Assembly: GCA_012295275.1 (NCBI GenBank)
Contig: CM022672.1
Span: forward strand, 22,940,001 to 23,004,000
DNA from: Chrysomallon squamiferum
Taxonomy: Eukaryota > Animalia > Mollusca
Reading direction: 5' to 3'
DNA: 64,000 bases
This document shows positions 46,500 to 60,653 of this stretch, in pieces (position 1 is the stretch's first letter; every line of letters begins with the position of its first letter). The translations under genes and the position numbers were made by a program. The notes below the pieces were generated by a model. That model saw only the letters and a list, made by a program, of their open reading frames with translations, was not told the origin of the DNA and did not search any database.

Positions 46500-46900
46500 A
46501 CTGGTAACTTTTCATAGTTCAGTTATATGCTAATAATTATATGATATAGTAATAACATTTCTATTGCTAAGCAAGTTGTTGTAGTATGCTTTTTGATAAC
46601 ATAATCTATTGTTAATTTTCTTTGTTTCTAACATATTTATTTTTGACATTTTCTTTTAATTCTTCAGTTATATGCTAATAATTATGTTTTGGTAACTCTT
46701 TTTAACATGTTATGCATTAAGCAAATTGATGTGAAATGTTTTTTATCCACTAATCTATTGTTAATTTTCATTGTTTGTAATTGTATTTATTTTTTAGTTT
46801 TTCTGTTGGTCAGCTGATAATACTGTTTTGAATGTTAAGCTAATTGTAGTGAAATGCTTTTCAATGAAGTAATCTGTTGTTAATTAACTTTTTTGTTGTA
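46500..46900. repeat. Degenerate tandem repeat (about 120-150 bp, 3 partial copies) downstream of the RLR
   Basis: 'ttcagttatatgctaataattat' at about 46518 and 46663; 'taatct(a/g)ttgttaatt' at about 46602, 46751 and 46870. Confidence 0.7.
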
Positions 46901-49079
46901 TTTATTTTTAAATTTAGCTGTTATTTGTTGTTACATCATATAATATCGTATTTATTCTTTTCTTTTCCTTTTTTTTGTTGTTACTCTGTTATTCTTCAAT
47001 TCTTTCTTCTTTTTATACTTATGTCTGGCTCAAAGCAGACATGTAAAGCTGATTCACATATACACAGTATATACATTTCAGTTTTACGAAAATATATTTT
47101 TAAATATAGATTAGTTCATGAAAAGATATCAGTAAAGTTTATATGAAAATGTTTATTGTGTAATATTTTTGTATTTTTGTTTTTGAGATAATAAAGACAG
47201 ACAGATATTTGGTTTTTGAGGTTATTAACTTAATAATAAAAAATGTCATCTTATTTTGCTACTGTCTACAGTGACTGCAGGATAAATATATGTATGTATG
47301 CAGTTTCTAAAAATAACATTTTATTCAATATCTGGCTTTCAAAGATGCTTCTTCATCTCTTTGGTTTAAGTTGGTTTTAAAGAAAAAGACAAGACAACAG
47401 AATTCATCTATGAACAATATATTATTTACACCATAACAAAATATACATACAACACTGATGAACATTTAAAAAAAAAGATAAAAATAAAAAGTTTAAAATA
47501 CAATAAAGATAATAATAGAAAAACAACATCAAGTAACAAATTTTAAAATTTTCTTTAAAATTTAACACATTTGATAAATTAAACCTGCATAATCTTGCTT
47601 ATTTATTAAAATATGTGTTTCATAAAATCTGCATGAAACCACATCTTTTTGTCATTAATTACATATAATTATATCTGGTGAAACATCAGTTTTCAGCTAC
47701 AAGATTTAATGTTGAAAGAAAACAATAGTTTATTAACAGCTATTCACACTGTGTGTACAGCATTTTCAGGTCTGTAGTTTTGCATACATAACAAGCATGA
47801 GGTAGATTAAATACGTGGTTGATCTATATATCAAAATGCACTATATATTCAGAAAAGAAAAAAAAAAAAACTGACTTAGTTATCAGCCATATAGTTTGAT
47901 TAAAGAATAAAACTATGTCGTCATTGTTGAAATAGATTAAGACACCCAGAAGACGCTAAGTAACCATTTTGACTGTGTGAGAATAAAATTTTAAACTTGA
48001 TTTACAGGATGAAATATAACCTAAGCTGTCATAAGAAACATTAATAATAAGTTTAATTATAAGTTTAGTTAGATATATATTATTATCAAATAATAATAAT
48101 AATAATAATAATAAAAACAGAAGTACTATATGTCATCAACATTAATAATAAGTTTAAAAAAAAATGATATCAATGAGAAATATTAATAATAAAACAACAA
48201 CAATAATAATAAAGACACAGTATTCTATAATATTTATGCCAAAGTTGCAGAATATATATATATATATATATTTAATATTACTGAAATTAACTAGGAAAAA
48301 ACATCTTTAACTGGTAGATTATTTAATGTTCATTTACAAGTAAAACATTGGTTTCATAACAGAAATTTTTTATATCAGGTAATTTTTGTATAGTATTAAA
48401 ATTATAATAATAAAATAAAAATAAAAATAATATATATATTGAAATTGTCCGTTATAATACAAAACAAATCTAAATCAGTACAATCATTACCAACTATTTC
48501 TCACAAATGAAACTAATTTATTGAATGAGTTAGATTAATAAGAATAATAATAATCATGAGGGTAATAATAATAACAATAGTTATAACAATAATAATAATA
48601 ATAAATACAATTATAAGAAAAAAAAAGAAGAAAAAAAAAAGAAACAAACAAACAAAAGTAACAATAACCCCTAAAAAAAAAAAAAATCTATAAATATAGT
48701 AAAATATAAATATGTTTTAACTATGTACATAATTATATGGATTGAATACTGTACAGCAACTATATGATGTGTATTCTACAAATTCTGTGTTAGTGTTTAG
48801 TATGGAGAAGAGTAATAACATACAACTAGCAATAATTGAACAGCGGGTGGAATCCATAGTGCCAGTAGTAAGATAAATTACACCTTCTGGACAGGCCATA
48901 GGTCGTGGGTCAGAGGTCGCAAGATTACTTTAATCTGTTATGAAATTGAGACGAAAAGATGGAAGAGTTGTTTTGTTTGTTACTAATCTGACACATTTTT
49001 TTTAATCAAAGGTATATATAGAGGCAAAGTGAGTAGAAACCTTTGGAATTTATATCTCTTTTTATATATATATATTTTT

Positions 49080-49235
49080 TACTGTTTTTATTAGAAGCAA
49101 ATCTTTTATATGCACCTTTCCCTGGAAAGGCCTTTGATAAACAAATCATATAAAATATTCAGCTGGAAGCACCAAAACGTGATCTTTTGACCAATCATGC
49201 CTCAGTCCTGCACCGTATCACAGTGCTCTGGTTCA
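49080..49235 (+). mobile_element. Degenerate SINE-like copy
   Basis: 'ttagaagcaaatcttttatatgcacctttccc...ggcctttgata' is related to the cores at 22631 and 28091. Confidence 0.5.
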
Positions 49236-49960
49236 CAAAATTAAGATGCTTAACAAAGTTACAAATACCTCTGTAAGAATTACATTTTTATTTGATGCTA
49301 AATGTACTGTTTAGTAAAGTAGTGGTATATTTCAGAACTGTTATGTTACTATTAAAGTGGTTTACATTGTATTTTTTGAATAACTGTGGTTTCTGTTGAG
49401 CTATCTCAGCAATATTTTATCTTCAAGAAATTTTTAATTAATTTCATAATTTATTACCACCCCTGCCCTTAGAAAAAGTCGGATGCCAGAAACAAACAAA
49501 AGAACAATTAAGAAAAAAACACACAAAATGTAATTACTATGTCTGATAATTCATCCAAAATTATACTGTATACAAGAATCCTTCTGGAATTAATTATACT
49601 TGCAGCTATTTGATAATACAGCCACAGATATATTTTTAACTGCTTGTTCACAGATCATTATGATTCTGCAGAAGTGTAAAAATATATGCCAGTTAGGATT
49701 ACTGCCAGCACTCTGGATAACACAGAGTTCTAACTTCTCAATATTAAAGACCTAAACTATTTTTACATCAGTTATTAATGTCAGAATTTAAAGTCACAAT
49801 GAAAGATTTGCTATTTTCAGCTGTTTCTTAGAATATCACATTTGTTGCAATGTTATGTAATTGCTTAATGGTTGTTAACAAGAGTCATACAAATAAAGTC
49901 ATGGTTGCTGTTCTGTCATTTACAGTGTGTTTTCTTTTTTGGAGAAAGAACTTCAAATGA

Positions 49961-50008
<48 letters not shown>

Positions 50009-50020
50009 TAATAATAATAA
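49961..50020. repeat. (AAT)n microsatellite
   Basis: Direct reading. Confidence 0.95.
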
Positions 50021-51517
50021 AATAACAAAAGTAACTGTAATAATTATACTAGTAACAACAACAACAGTTGTTCTGGCTAAAAATTACAATTAAAGAAAAT
50101 GAGATGGATCTGCTAAACTATTACTTAAGAATTATTTCTCATCCTACGAAGAAACACACTGTCATTTTAAAGATAAAATTACTGATGATTTATCAAATCT
50201 GCTGTAATTAAAACTAAGAATGATTAATTGTTAAAATTAATGTTTAAATAAGGATGTATTTCAAAAAAAAAGAAGAAGAAGATTGGCACCTGTTTGAAAT
50301 CATTTTAATCCTATTTTTAATAATTATTCTGGAAAAATAAATGTTTAGATCAATGTATGTGTATAAATGTTTCTAAAAAGTTATTTTTACACTGGAACAT
50401 AATTATTAAGAATACGCTTGAGATTATTTAAGATAGGTAACTAGTAACCAGTCTTTTGTAAATAAAAGTTAATACTATATACACATTAATCAGTTCTATT
50501 GTTACTGTGTTTTTTTCTAGCAATAACTATTATGTTTAAAGTTAAAACATTAATTCAGCTTCTTCAGATTTTGTTTTGTTAATGATGTATTGGCTAGAAA
50601 TGATGTTATTTTTCACAGCTAAAAATCAAATTTGACAGAATTCAAAAATTTTGATAATTTTGTCATTTCATTATTACCATGTTCTGCTTAACAGTCTATA
50701 TCAGTTTATTTCCATACAAAGACATTTTAATTTTCTTTTTGCCATTCTTTGTTTTATTGTTTTTAAATATTTATTACTGGAGAAAATAGGCAAAAAAATG
50801 TGTACTAAGTTTAGTTGATTAAAAGTCTTTAATTTTATTATTTCCCTTGCATTTCGATTACTAGGCTAAAAGTATCATATATGTAACTAAAAATGTTTAT
50901 CAAATGCATTAAGTATTTCAGAGTAAGCTCCCCTTTTTACAACTGCAAAGCAGCTTTCTTGTAGCTTAGTGCTAAAAGTAGGTGTAAAAATAACAAGTAA
51001 ATAATCACATATAAATCATTCAAATGACAATCTACTGGTAAACATGATGCAATATGACATATATTAAATAATAAACTAATTTACATTAACAAACATTGCA
51101 GCATGTATATACCATACAAATCAAATCTGTTCAGTTATCAGTAAAAACTATCCATGAATCAAGTCATCTGTTTTTTTTTTTTAATTTATGAATTTTTTTT
51201 TTTTTTTTTTTGTAAACTATGAACCAAAAAAATGCACCTTCATTTAAACACCTTGCATCTCACAAGGAAAAAAGTCAAAGGTCAAAATCCATAAGACATC
51301 AAAGTTTAATAATCACTGATGACGTCTACTCCCCAGCACAATGATAAAATGGATGACAGTAAAACAACGGGACTGTCACATCACATGATCATTCTCACTT
51401 TTGTTGCTTCATCACAGTTTTGAGATTTGTCTTCCATGTGATGTTAAAGGGACTAAAACTGGCTAATTTTTGTCTGTTTGTCTGTCTGGCAGTGTTTGAC
51501 ATGTGTCAGATCTACTT

Positions 51518-51633
51518 TCACCTCTCCGTTCGATTTAGTCTGGATAACAGTATATGTTGTAACACTGGAAACAAACAAACAAAAAAATAAATAATAATAA
51601 TAGTAAAACAAAATAAATGATGACCATATATAA

Positions 51634-51664
<31 letters not shown>

Positions 51665-54288
51665 ATACTATTAGATAAAACTTAGAAAAATGAGTTGCTT
51701 TTCTTCAACAACCTGGAACCTTTTAATTAATATCCTAAAAACTGCTGCTGAATGAAAAGGATTCATCATCTGTGTCAGTTGAAATTTATAACATTATTAT
51801 CTCAGTCATCACCATTACCTTTATCAGGAACACTGTAACTACCCGTGTGATAATTGATAAACTTATCACCACCACATAATAATTTTATTTTATGTTAAAT
51901 CATTTTATTTTATTTTATTTTATTTTATTTTATTTTATTTATTTATTTTTTTGTTTTTCAAACTTACAGTACTGGCAGGAACTTCCCCAGTGAGTCGACT
52001 GACAGCGACATTTTCCTCTCACACATCGGCCGCCATTCAGACATGGCTTCTTGCACTTGAGCACTTTGCGTCTGCAGTAGCGACCTCCGTAGCCAGCTGA
52101 ACATTTACACTTGTTGGGTCGAACGCAGACACCCTTGCTGCCACAGCTAGGGGTACATATAGCTGAAAACAGTATTTGTACACCATTTTTATACTTACAT
52201 GCATAAAACAATGATATGTATGGTCTTGCATGTAGGTACGTGTGCATGCATGTACATGCAAGGTGTGTATGAGTAGTACATGTGTGTATTTATGCATGTG
52301 CATGTGTACGTATTAGCAAATATATACACTCATGTACCATCTGATATAATGCACACACACTCATACAAATATAAATCACTGAAGATATTTTGTATAGCAA
52401 GTTATTATTATATGAAAAACGTACAAGGTATTTTGTTTGCAATACAGTATATCTTAAAGAAAAAATACCCGTTACATTTTAAAAGGAATCCATATTGAAT
52501 TCTAATTTAGAAAAAATCTTACGATTCTGACAACGTGCTCCTTTGTATCCTATAGCACAGTGACATCTGTTAGGAGCCACACATTCTCCTCCGTTCTGAC
52601 ATTCTGGCTCACATTTCTTTGCCTTGTCTAAAAAAAAAAAAAAAATTCAAATTTAAATTATACATTCTGATGTAACAGCTCTTATGGAAACATTATTGTA
52701 AATTCATAATTTTATCATAAAAACTGTTAATGTTATAATTCATCATTTTATCAAGAAAACTTAATATTAAAATTCATCATTTTATTGTGAAAACTGATAA
52801 TAATAATAATAACAACAACAACAACAATAAAAAAACAAAACAAAAAACACCACAAAATCCAGAAAAAAAAACAAAAAATCTTTTTTAACAGTAAATGTAT
52901 TTTGTATTAAAATCTGAAATGCATATATTTAAAAAATAACCTTTGTTCTTCTTCTTCTTTTTGCAGCAAAGAACACCTGACACCTGACCTTCGCGGTAGA
53001 CGCAGGCTGTCTTGTTTCTGGGGTGGTAAACGTCGATGCGTCCTCGTGACAGACAGGATGTCTGAGAGTGACGAAGAAATCCACAGCTCTGTCCAATTCC
53101 AGCCATTTTACCTTTAGTGCACCTTGTCAAAAAAAAAATATATATACCTTTTGCATTAAGGTGTAATTTACAACAACAACAAAAAAAATAATAATTTATA
53201 GAAGTAATAAAATGAATTTCTAGGCTTAGATCATCATGAAAGCCTATATCAAATTGGTGAGCATAAAAAATAAATAATAATAAATTAATAGATGGGGTGT
53301 AGTTACATAATAAATATAAAATAGTGGAATACATAATAATTTTGTTAAAATCAAAATGTTCAGAATAAATAAATAAATTAATGAAGGTTGACAAGTTCTT
53401 CTTTATTCCACATCTTATGAATCAAAACATAAAAGATAAATTATATTTCTTTCTAATTTCAAGATTTATTATGGTCAGTGTTTAAGATGTACTCTATAAG
53501 TCAACGTCAAAATCTTGTCTAGACTGTGGTGTCTAGACTGAAGACCAAGATGTTATCAAAGGTCAAGGCTAAACAACATTCAACTTAACGTTATTTAATT
53601 CTTACTTTTTACACTTTCCACGGCTGTTAGCAGCATTGTAGGCATAGCAACCTTCCAAGTCGAAGATATCCAGCCAAGTAACTTCCCTTAGAATTGACCT
53701 GTCTCTGGGGTTGCAAACCCTCCAGCCCTTTCGACAGAGTGCCTTGCCATTGCGCACGTGTCCTTTCCATTTGCCTGAACATGCATGGATGTCACGATGA
53801 AGGTGAAGGCCTTCTGTAGTACCATCTTTACAGCCAGATGAATATTCTGTTTGTTAAATGAAAAAAAATAATGAGTTAAATTAATAAATAATAAATAATA
53901 AGATGAGGGTATATGTAACGAAAAAGGTAATGATACCAATATAATGATAATAATAAACACAACAAAATTATTGTTATTATTATTATTATTACATCTACTA
54001 CAACTACTGCTAATATTATCATTATTGTTACAACTATTACTGCTATTTCTACTACTACTACTATCACTACTACTACTACTACTACTGTTACTACTGCTGT
54101 CACTACTACTATATTTACCACTATTTATAATTATAATCATTACTGTTAATTCCATTGTTATCACTAATATCATAGCTATTGCTATTGTCACTAATATTGC
54201 TATTACTACTTTTACTGATATAAATACTTTTGTTACTATTAATAATAATAATGACAATACAAATAATAACAAAAATAATTTATTATTA

Positions 54289-54329
<41 letters not shown>

Positions 54330-56436
54330 GTCATACATTCTAGCAGTCAGAAATATTCTGTTTAAATTATGTAATATAGATCAAATAAAAATACTTTGTT
54401 TAAATTATGAAATATATATAAAAAAATAAAAATCTACCAATCAAAAATGCCAACAGGGTGAATCTACAGATACAAAAAAAAAAAAAAAAAGAAAAAAGAA
54501 ACAGGTAAATTATCAGTTCTGTCTCACCTGCGACCATCACGTATGAACTGGCCATGTCAATACCTTCCTCGTTAATCACCTCACAGGTATACAAGCCTGT
54601 GTCTGACTTCCTAGCTAGTGTCACCAACAAGTCTCCTGTAAATATAGTTATTAAATAACAATTACCTGCTGTAACAGAGGTTATAGTAATACAAATAATT
54701 ACAATCATGTAACTGTAATAATAAATTATGATAATGATGAAAATGACAATGATATGATGCTGGTATTAATTATAATAACAATAGTAGTACAAATAATATT
54801 ATAATATATAATAATAATAATATAAAAATAATATAACAATGAAAATAATAATAATAATAACAATAAAGTAATAATAATGAATATAATAATAATAATAATA
54901 ATAATAATATATAATAAAATTTAAATAATATTATCACAATCACAAAGATGATGATAAATATTTAGAACTATACTTTTCATTATTGAAATTCGAAAACAGG
55001 AAAGCACACAATACAAAAACCAATGTATGGCAGTAGTTTTATGATGATGAAAACAGGAATAACACTTGTAATAAATGTATAAGCATACATGCATGCGTGT
55101 ACGTAATACAAATCTGATAATATAAAGAAAACTGGCATTCTGTGTAAATTATCTCAAGCAAAATAAAAAAACAAACAAAAAAAAAAAAAAAAATCAACAG
55201 CAACAACTGTGTATTAAGAAATAATTCCTTTTTATGTAGGGTCAAGATGTGACCTAGGAACAGAGAGATTTGACCAACTGGAGTATCAGTCCTTCTGAGT
55301 TTATTTCTTGTGCACCACGATCTGTGTATCAAAAACAATGGTGTCTGTTTTCCTGTTCTTGTAAAGGTATAGCTAATCTGAGAAAGACTATGTCAATAGA
55401 GAGCACTAGCAGATTTTCTTTCTCATTATTTGCATGGTGCTTAACTATATGTATATCGGAAAGGCATAGATTAAAAATGGGTTATAATTCTTCATCAAAA
55501 AAAAAAATAATAATAATAATAAAAATAAAAACTTATTGTGTCAGAAGAGATATGTCAAGAACAGAAACTTTGATTAATAACATGAAACGTACAAAATATA
55601 TTTGTATAAAATAAAATAATATATAAAAAAAAAATAACTGAAAAGGTCTTGGGGAAATAATGGGATCTCAGAGGAGGACTGATCCTGGAGCCTGCCAGTA
55701 ACTCAAGTAGTTGAAGTCTTCGTTTTGTTTCTCTTACCTGATGACAGTACCGAAATACGTGGATTCTCGCTGTTCATCTGGACGCCATCTTTGTACCACT
55801 GTACCCGGGGTGGAGGCATCCCGGTTGCCTGACATGTCAGGAGGAAGATGAGGCCAGTGTACACGTGCATCTTCTCTGGAGGCTTCACCGCTATCCGTGG
55901 CCGCTTCACTGGAATTTAGCACACATTAACATCAAATCACACAGAGACAGGGCAGTTCTTAGATGCAGCATAATAAATTACAGTTAAAAAAAACTAGACA
56001 CATTTTAAACAAAAGATGATCCGCATCAAATATAAATTTGTATACTGATATACATTTCAATTCTTTTTTTTTCCATGTCTGTTCTTATAATATGTCGATA
56101 CACAGGTATTGGTATATATTTACATCAAGATACAAGTAAATAAGTTTCACTTTTTACTTTGATATGCAAGTAAATAATGTTTACATCTAGGTAGAAAATG
56201 AAAGATAGTTTAAAGTGAGGTTTAAAAATGTCTTAGATTAATATTCAATACAATACAATTATATCTGGATACAAAGCAAATTACTATGACAGATAATTAT
56301 ATTTGGATATAAACAGCTTAAACTTTTGGTATGAAATAAGTTGTATAAAAATAACTAAATTAAATCAGAAAGGGGAATAACTCTGTTTGGTTCGTTAATG
56401 ACAGTATCTTGCAAAAGGCAATAAAATTAAATGTAC

Positions 56437-56481
<45 letters not shown>

Positions 56482-58139
56482 TACACACATTCACTCTGTG
56501 TATGAATTATTATATCTGAGTATCTAAGTATATGAATGTGGTGTGAGTACAATTTATCACTGTTACAACTTCTTTTTACTTATGACTATAATTATAAAAA
56601 CGTCAGTCTGTGCAGGTGAGTGAATGTACCAACCTGGCATCTTGCAGCAGAGGATGCCTGTAGCAATGCCTGGCTGGTACTGACATGCCCGGTGGAAGTG
56701 AGCGTCCACACAACAGCTGGCATCAATACGACCACCGCTTATACAGGACGACTGGCCATGGTGAATGTTAGAACAGCCATGACCCAGTCCGGCAAGATCA
56801 TCCTGAAATACAGAGACATCATAGAGAAATCTATATTACACACAGAGACATATACAGAAATCTGTATTACACACAGAGACATATACAGGAATCTATATTA
56901 CACACAGAGACATATACAGAAATCTATATTACACACAGAGACATCATACATAAATATATATTACACACAGAGACATATACAGAAATCTGTATTACACACA
57001 GAGACATATACAGAAATCTATATTACACACAGAGACATATACAGAAATCTATATTAGACACAGAGACATATACAGAAATCTATATTAGACACAGAGACAT
57101 AAACAGAAATCTATATTAGACAGAGACATATACAGAAATCTATATTAGACACAGAGACATATACAGAAATCTATATTAGACACAGAGACATATACAGAAA
57201 TCTATATTACACACAGAGACATCACATAGAAATCTATATTACACACAGAGACATCACATAGAAATCTGTATTACACACAGAGACATCATACAGAAATCTA
57301 TATTACACACAGAGACATATACAGTAATCTATATTACACACAGAGACATATACAGAAATCTGTATTATACACAGAGACATATATAGAAAATATATTAGTA
57401 AGATCATATATTGTATATACCGAGACATCATATAGAAATCTATATTACACACAGAGACATATACAGTAATAAATCAGTAAGATCATATATTGTATATTAT
57501 ATAGAAATTATAGAAATATACAAAGAGATACATGAGAGGGAGAGTTCATACAAATATATATCATATATAGGAAGATATTTTGTAGTATCTATGTGTAACA
57601 GAGACATATACAGAAAATATATTAGTAAGATCATTTATTGTGTATTATATACAAATATACAAAGAGATACATGAGAGGGAGAGTTCATACAAATATATAT
57701 CATATATAGAAAGATATTTTGTAGTATCTATGTGTAACAGAGACATATACAGAAAATATATTAGTAAGATCATTTATTGTGTATTATATACAAATATACA
57801 AAGAGATACATGAGAGGGAGAGTTCATACAAATATATATCATATATAGAAAGATATTTTGTATTATCTATGTGTAACAGAGACATATACAGGTCATATAT
57901 AGTTAACGATCTTAGTAATTTATTTAATGCAAATATACAAAGAAAGACACGAGAGGGAAAGTTCATAAAATTTATATCTTATAGAAAGATACCTCAGAAA
58001 ATTAAATCAGTAAGATATTATATATTATATACAAATAGAGATAGAGATACATCAGAGAGAAATCATACAGATGTGTATGTGTGTGTGTGTCTCTCTCTTT
58101 CTCCATATCATATAGAGATACTAAATAAAGGTTATACAC

Positions 58140-58173
<34 letters not shown>

Positions 58174-60619
58174 ACACATATATATCTATATCTATATCTA
58201 TCTATCTATATATATAAAACAAAGTAATATAAAAATAATTGTGAATAATTACATATATTATACAAAGATTATAAGACACATGGCCATGTGTGTATTATAC
58301 AGAGATACACCACAAATGATGACCAGTAACTGACAGATAATGAAATAAACAGAAAAACAGAGAGATACAGAAATAGTATAAAGTACTGATTAATTCTTAA
58401 TCTCTTTATTACTTTAAATAAGCACTGCAGTGGTCATGATTTTCACTTCCCTTTTATCTATCTTTATCATTTTAACAATTACAATAGATTTGATTATAAT
58501 AGAATTTCCAGGGTTTTGCATCACATCATCACTTGTTCAGTACAATTCATATATTTTCACTGGCGTTCAAAGTTTTGCCATTAGGCACTGTTACCCTCCA
58601 ACACTGTGAAGAGGCTGAATGAAACTTCTGTTTGGTTACTGTCATTGTTTTGTTCTTATTATTTCTCAACAGTGTTTATACCTGTACTAATTTTTCACTT
58701 CAGTATGAGTATGACCCAGTATTATTTTAGATTCTATATTAATTTTTTTAATTTAATTTTTTTAATTTTTTTATTATAGCTATATTTAGTTGTCTTCTGT
58801 AACTTCTATTATTTGAGATTCTATATTAATTTCTTTTCTTATTTTTCTCCTTTTATTTTTATTTTTATAGCTATATTTAGGTGTCTTCTGTAAATTGAAA
58901 ACAAATGAAAAATTGAATTTTATAATATGGTACACTTTATTATAAACTGATATATTATTTTAACAGTAATCTTTGACCTGAAATCAAAGCTAGGCCTGCA
59001 TATCAAAAATATCTACTTAATTCCATTAATGTTATTTTAACATTAATGAAACAGTTACAAAGATCACATAAATTATGTTTTTTCGGGTGGGGGTGTTATC
59101 CAATACACCTACTGCATGTTATCATCTTGGGGAAAAAAAACCCAGAAAACATTTCCAAAGGTTTCATGAAATAAGTTGTCAATGAGATCAGATTTCAATC
59201 TACCGGACAACACAATTGCTCGCCAATTTTCTCCTCTGTGAGTCTTTCCCCCACACACAAACCCTCCCTTCTCATAATTTTCATATCTTTACCAAATCAT
59301 GTTACCTCGATACCATTCTTCCCTTTTATGCAATAATTTCTCAGATGAACTAAACTCCTGGTGGTAAGGTGTCCATTTACCTGTGTCTGTGATGTTTATG
59401 TTCACCTGGCATGAAAGATGCACGTGTCCATTGTTTTATCATGGCTGCCATCAGCAGTAAAGTTACCTGGGACGCTGTCATTTGCCTTCATGCATAATTT
59501 AACAGGTGTTGTACTGACTCGAGACTTGCCTGACAAATATGTCTGCACATTTTTAAGATTGCTTTGCATGTTAAACCCGTTTTGTCAAACTGTCACAAAG
59601 GAGATTGTGACTTTTGTCAAGAAATATATAATATGGAGATTTTAGTAAAAAAAAAAAAAAAAATGTATCATTCATATAATACATGTGATGTTTCGATACT
59701 TTTATAATTAACTGTAATAGCGGAAAATATCAAGGTGTATAATATTCAAGATATTATCACGAATTATACTATGGGATATTTTATCAAGGAACTTTTTTAT
59801 AAGAACTGTAATATTGGAGATATTAATTCATTTATCAAGAAGTTTAACATGGCAGATTTTATGATCTCCTCCAAATGGTTATTTTATTGCCAAACTTTAT
59901 TATCAACCAAAGAAAAAGAAATAACATATAACATTTGGAAATACAAAAAATATATATATTTAGACTTTTTATTCCCAGTCAGAATAGGTTCACTTTAAGT
60001 TTAATCCAGTCCTAAGATATATCTTCTTTTTGTAAATTATTACTCTTTTCTTTCCAGAATATTTTTTTTTTTTTTTTTTTTTTTTTTCATCTTTGTTACA
60101 CTTTTTATTGTTGTTTCCCTTCTTCTTCCAATAATGAAAATAAAATAAAATACTACTAATAAAAATTAAACGTCAGTCATCTTAATAAGTTCCCAAATAA
60201 CTCTTCTTTTTTTTATGAGTACTTCTGAACACTTTCTTTTTAATTTTATTTTTCAGCAAGGTGTAGTCTGCATGTTTGTAGTTCTATCTTTACTACCTGT
60301 TAATCAAAGCCAGTTTTTTTTAGGTGAAAATAGACTGAAAACAAAATGCTCTTGTGTTCAGACCTTTGATGTGTCATTTTTACTGGAGATTTAAACCAAC
60401 ATTGTGTACATTTTATGCAAAGGTTAATGAAATGGAATATAAATTGTGGCTTTTTTTTTTTTTTATCTCGATTTCTAACAACAATAAACATACAAGTCAT
60501 TTGGTTCTGCAATAAACCAACATAGCTTTTTAGAAAATAATTAAAAGTGTTTCAGGTTTATTGCCTCTGCAAGGGTTTCATAATGTGTGTCTGTGTGTGC
60601 ATGCATACAGCTGAACACA

Positions 60620-60653
<34 letters not shown>

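Noticed and set aside
53688-54429. 216-aa, 161-aa and 81-aa ORFs with poly-N/L/S/V and apparent transmembrane runs
   Set aside because: Produced by trinucleotide low-complexity DNA. The real exon (53846-53606) is in another frame.
56806-57470. CRISPR-like array of ~31-bp repeats
   Set aside because: Units are contiguous with no unique spacers, there are no cas genes, and the context is a eukaryotic intron. It is a minisatellite.
56620-58171. Plus-strand ORFs of 145, 87 and 130 aa
   Set aside because: Antisense to a real exon or translations of the satellite arrays.
59375-59535. Possible extra minus-strand exon in the Cys-rich gene, with several splice-like sites
   Set aside because: The required phase-0 frame hits a TGA, and exons 61298 and 56802 join to give an uninterrupted module matching module 2.
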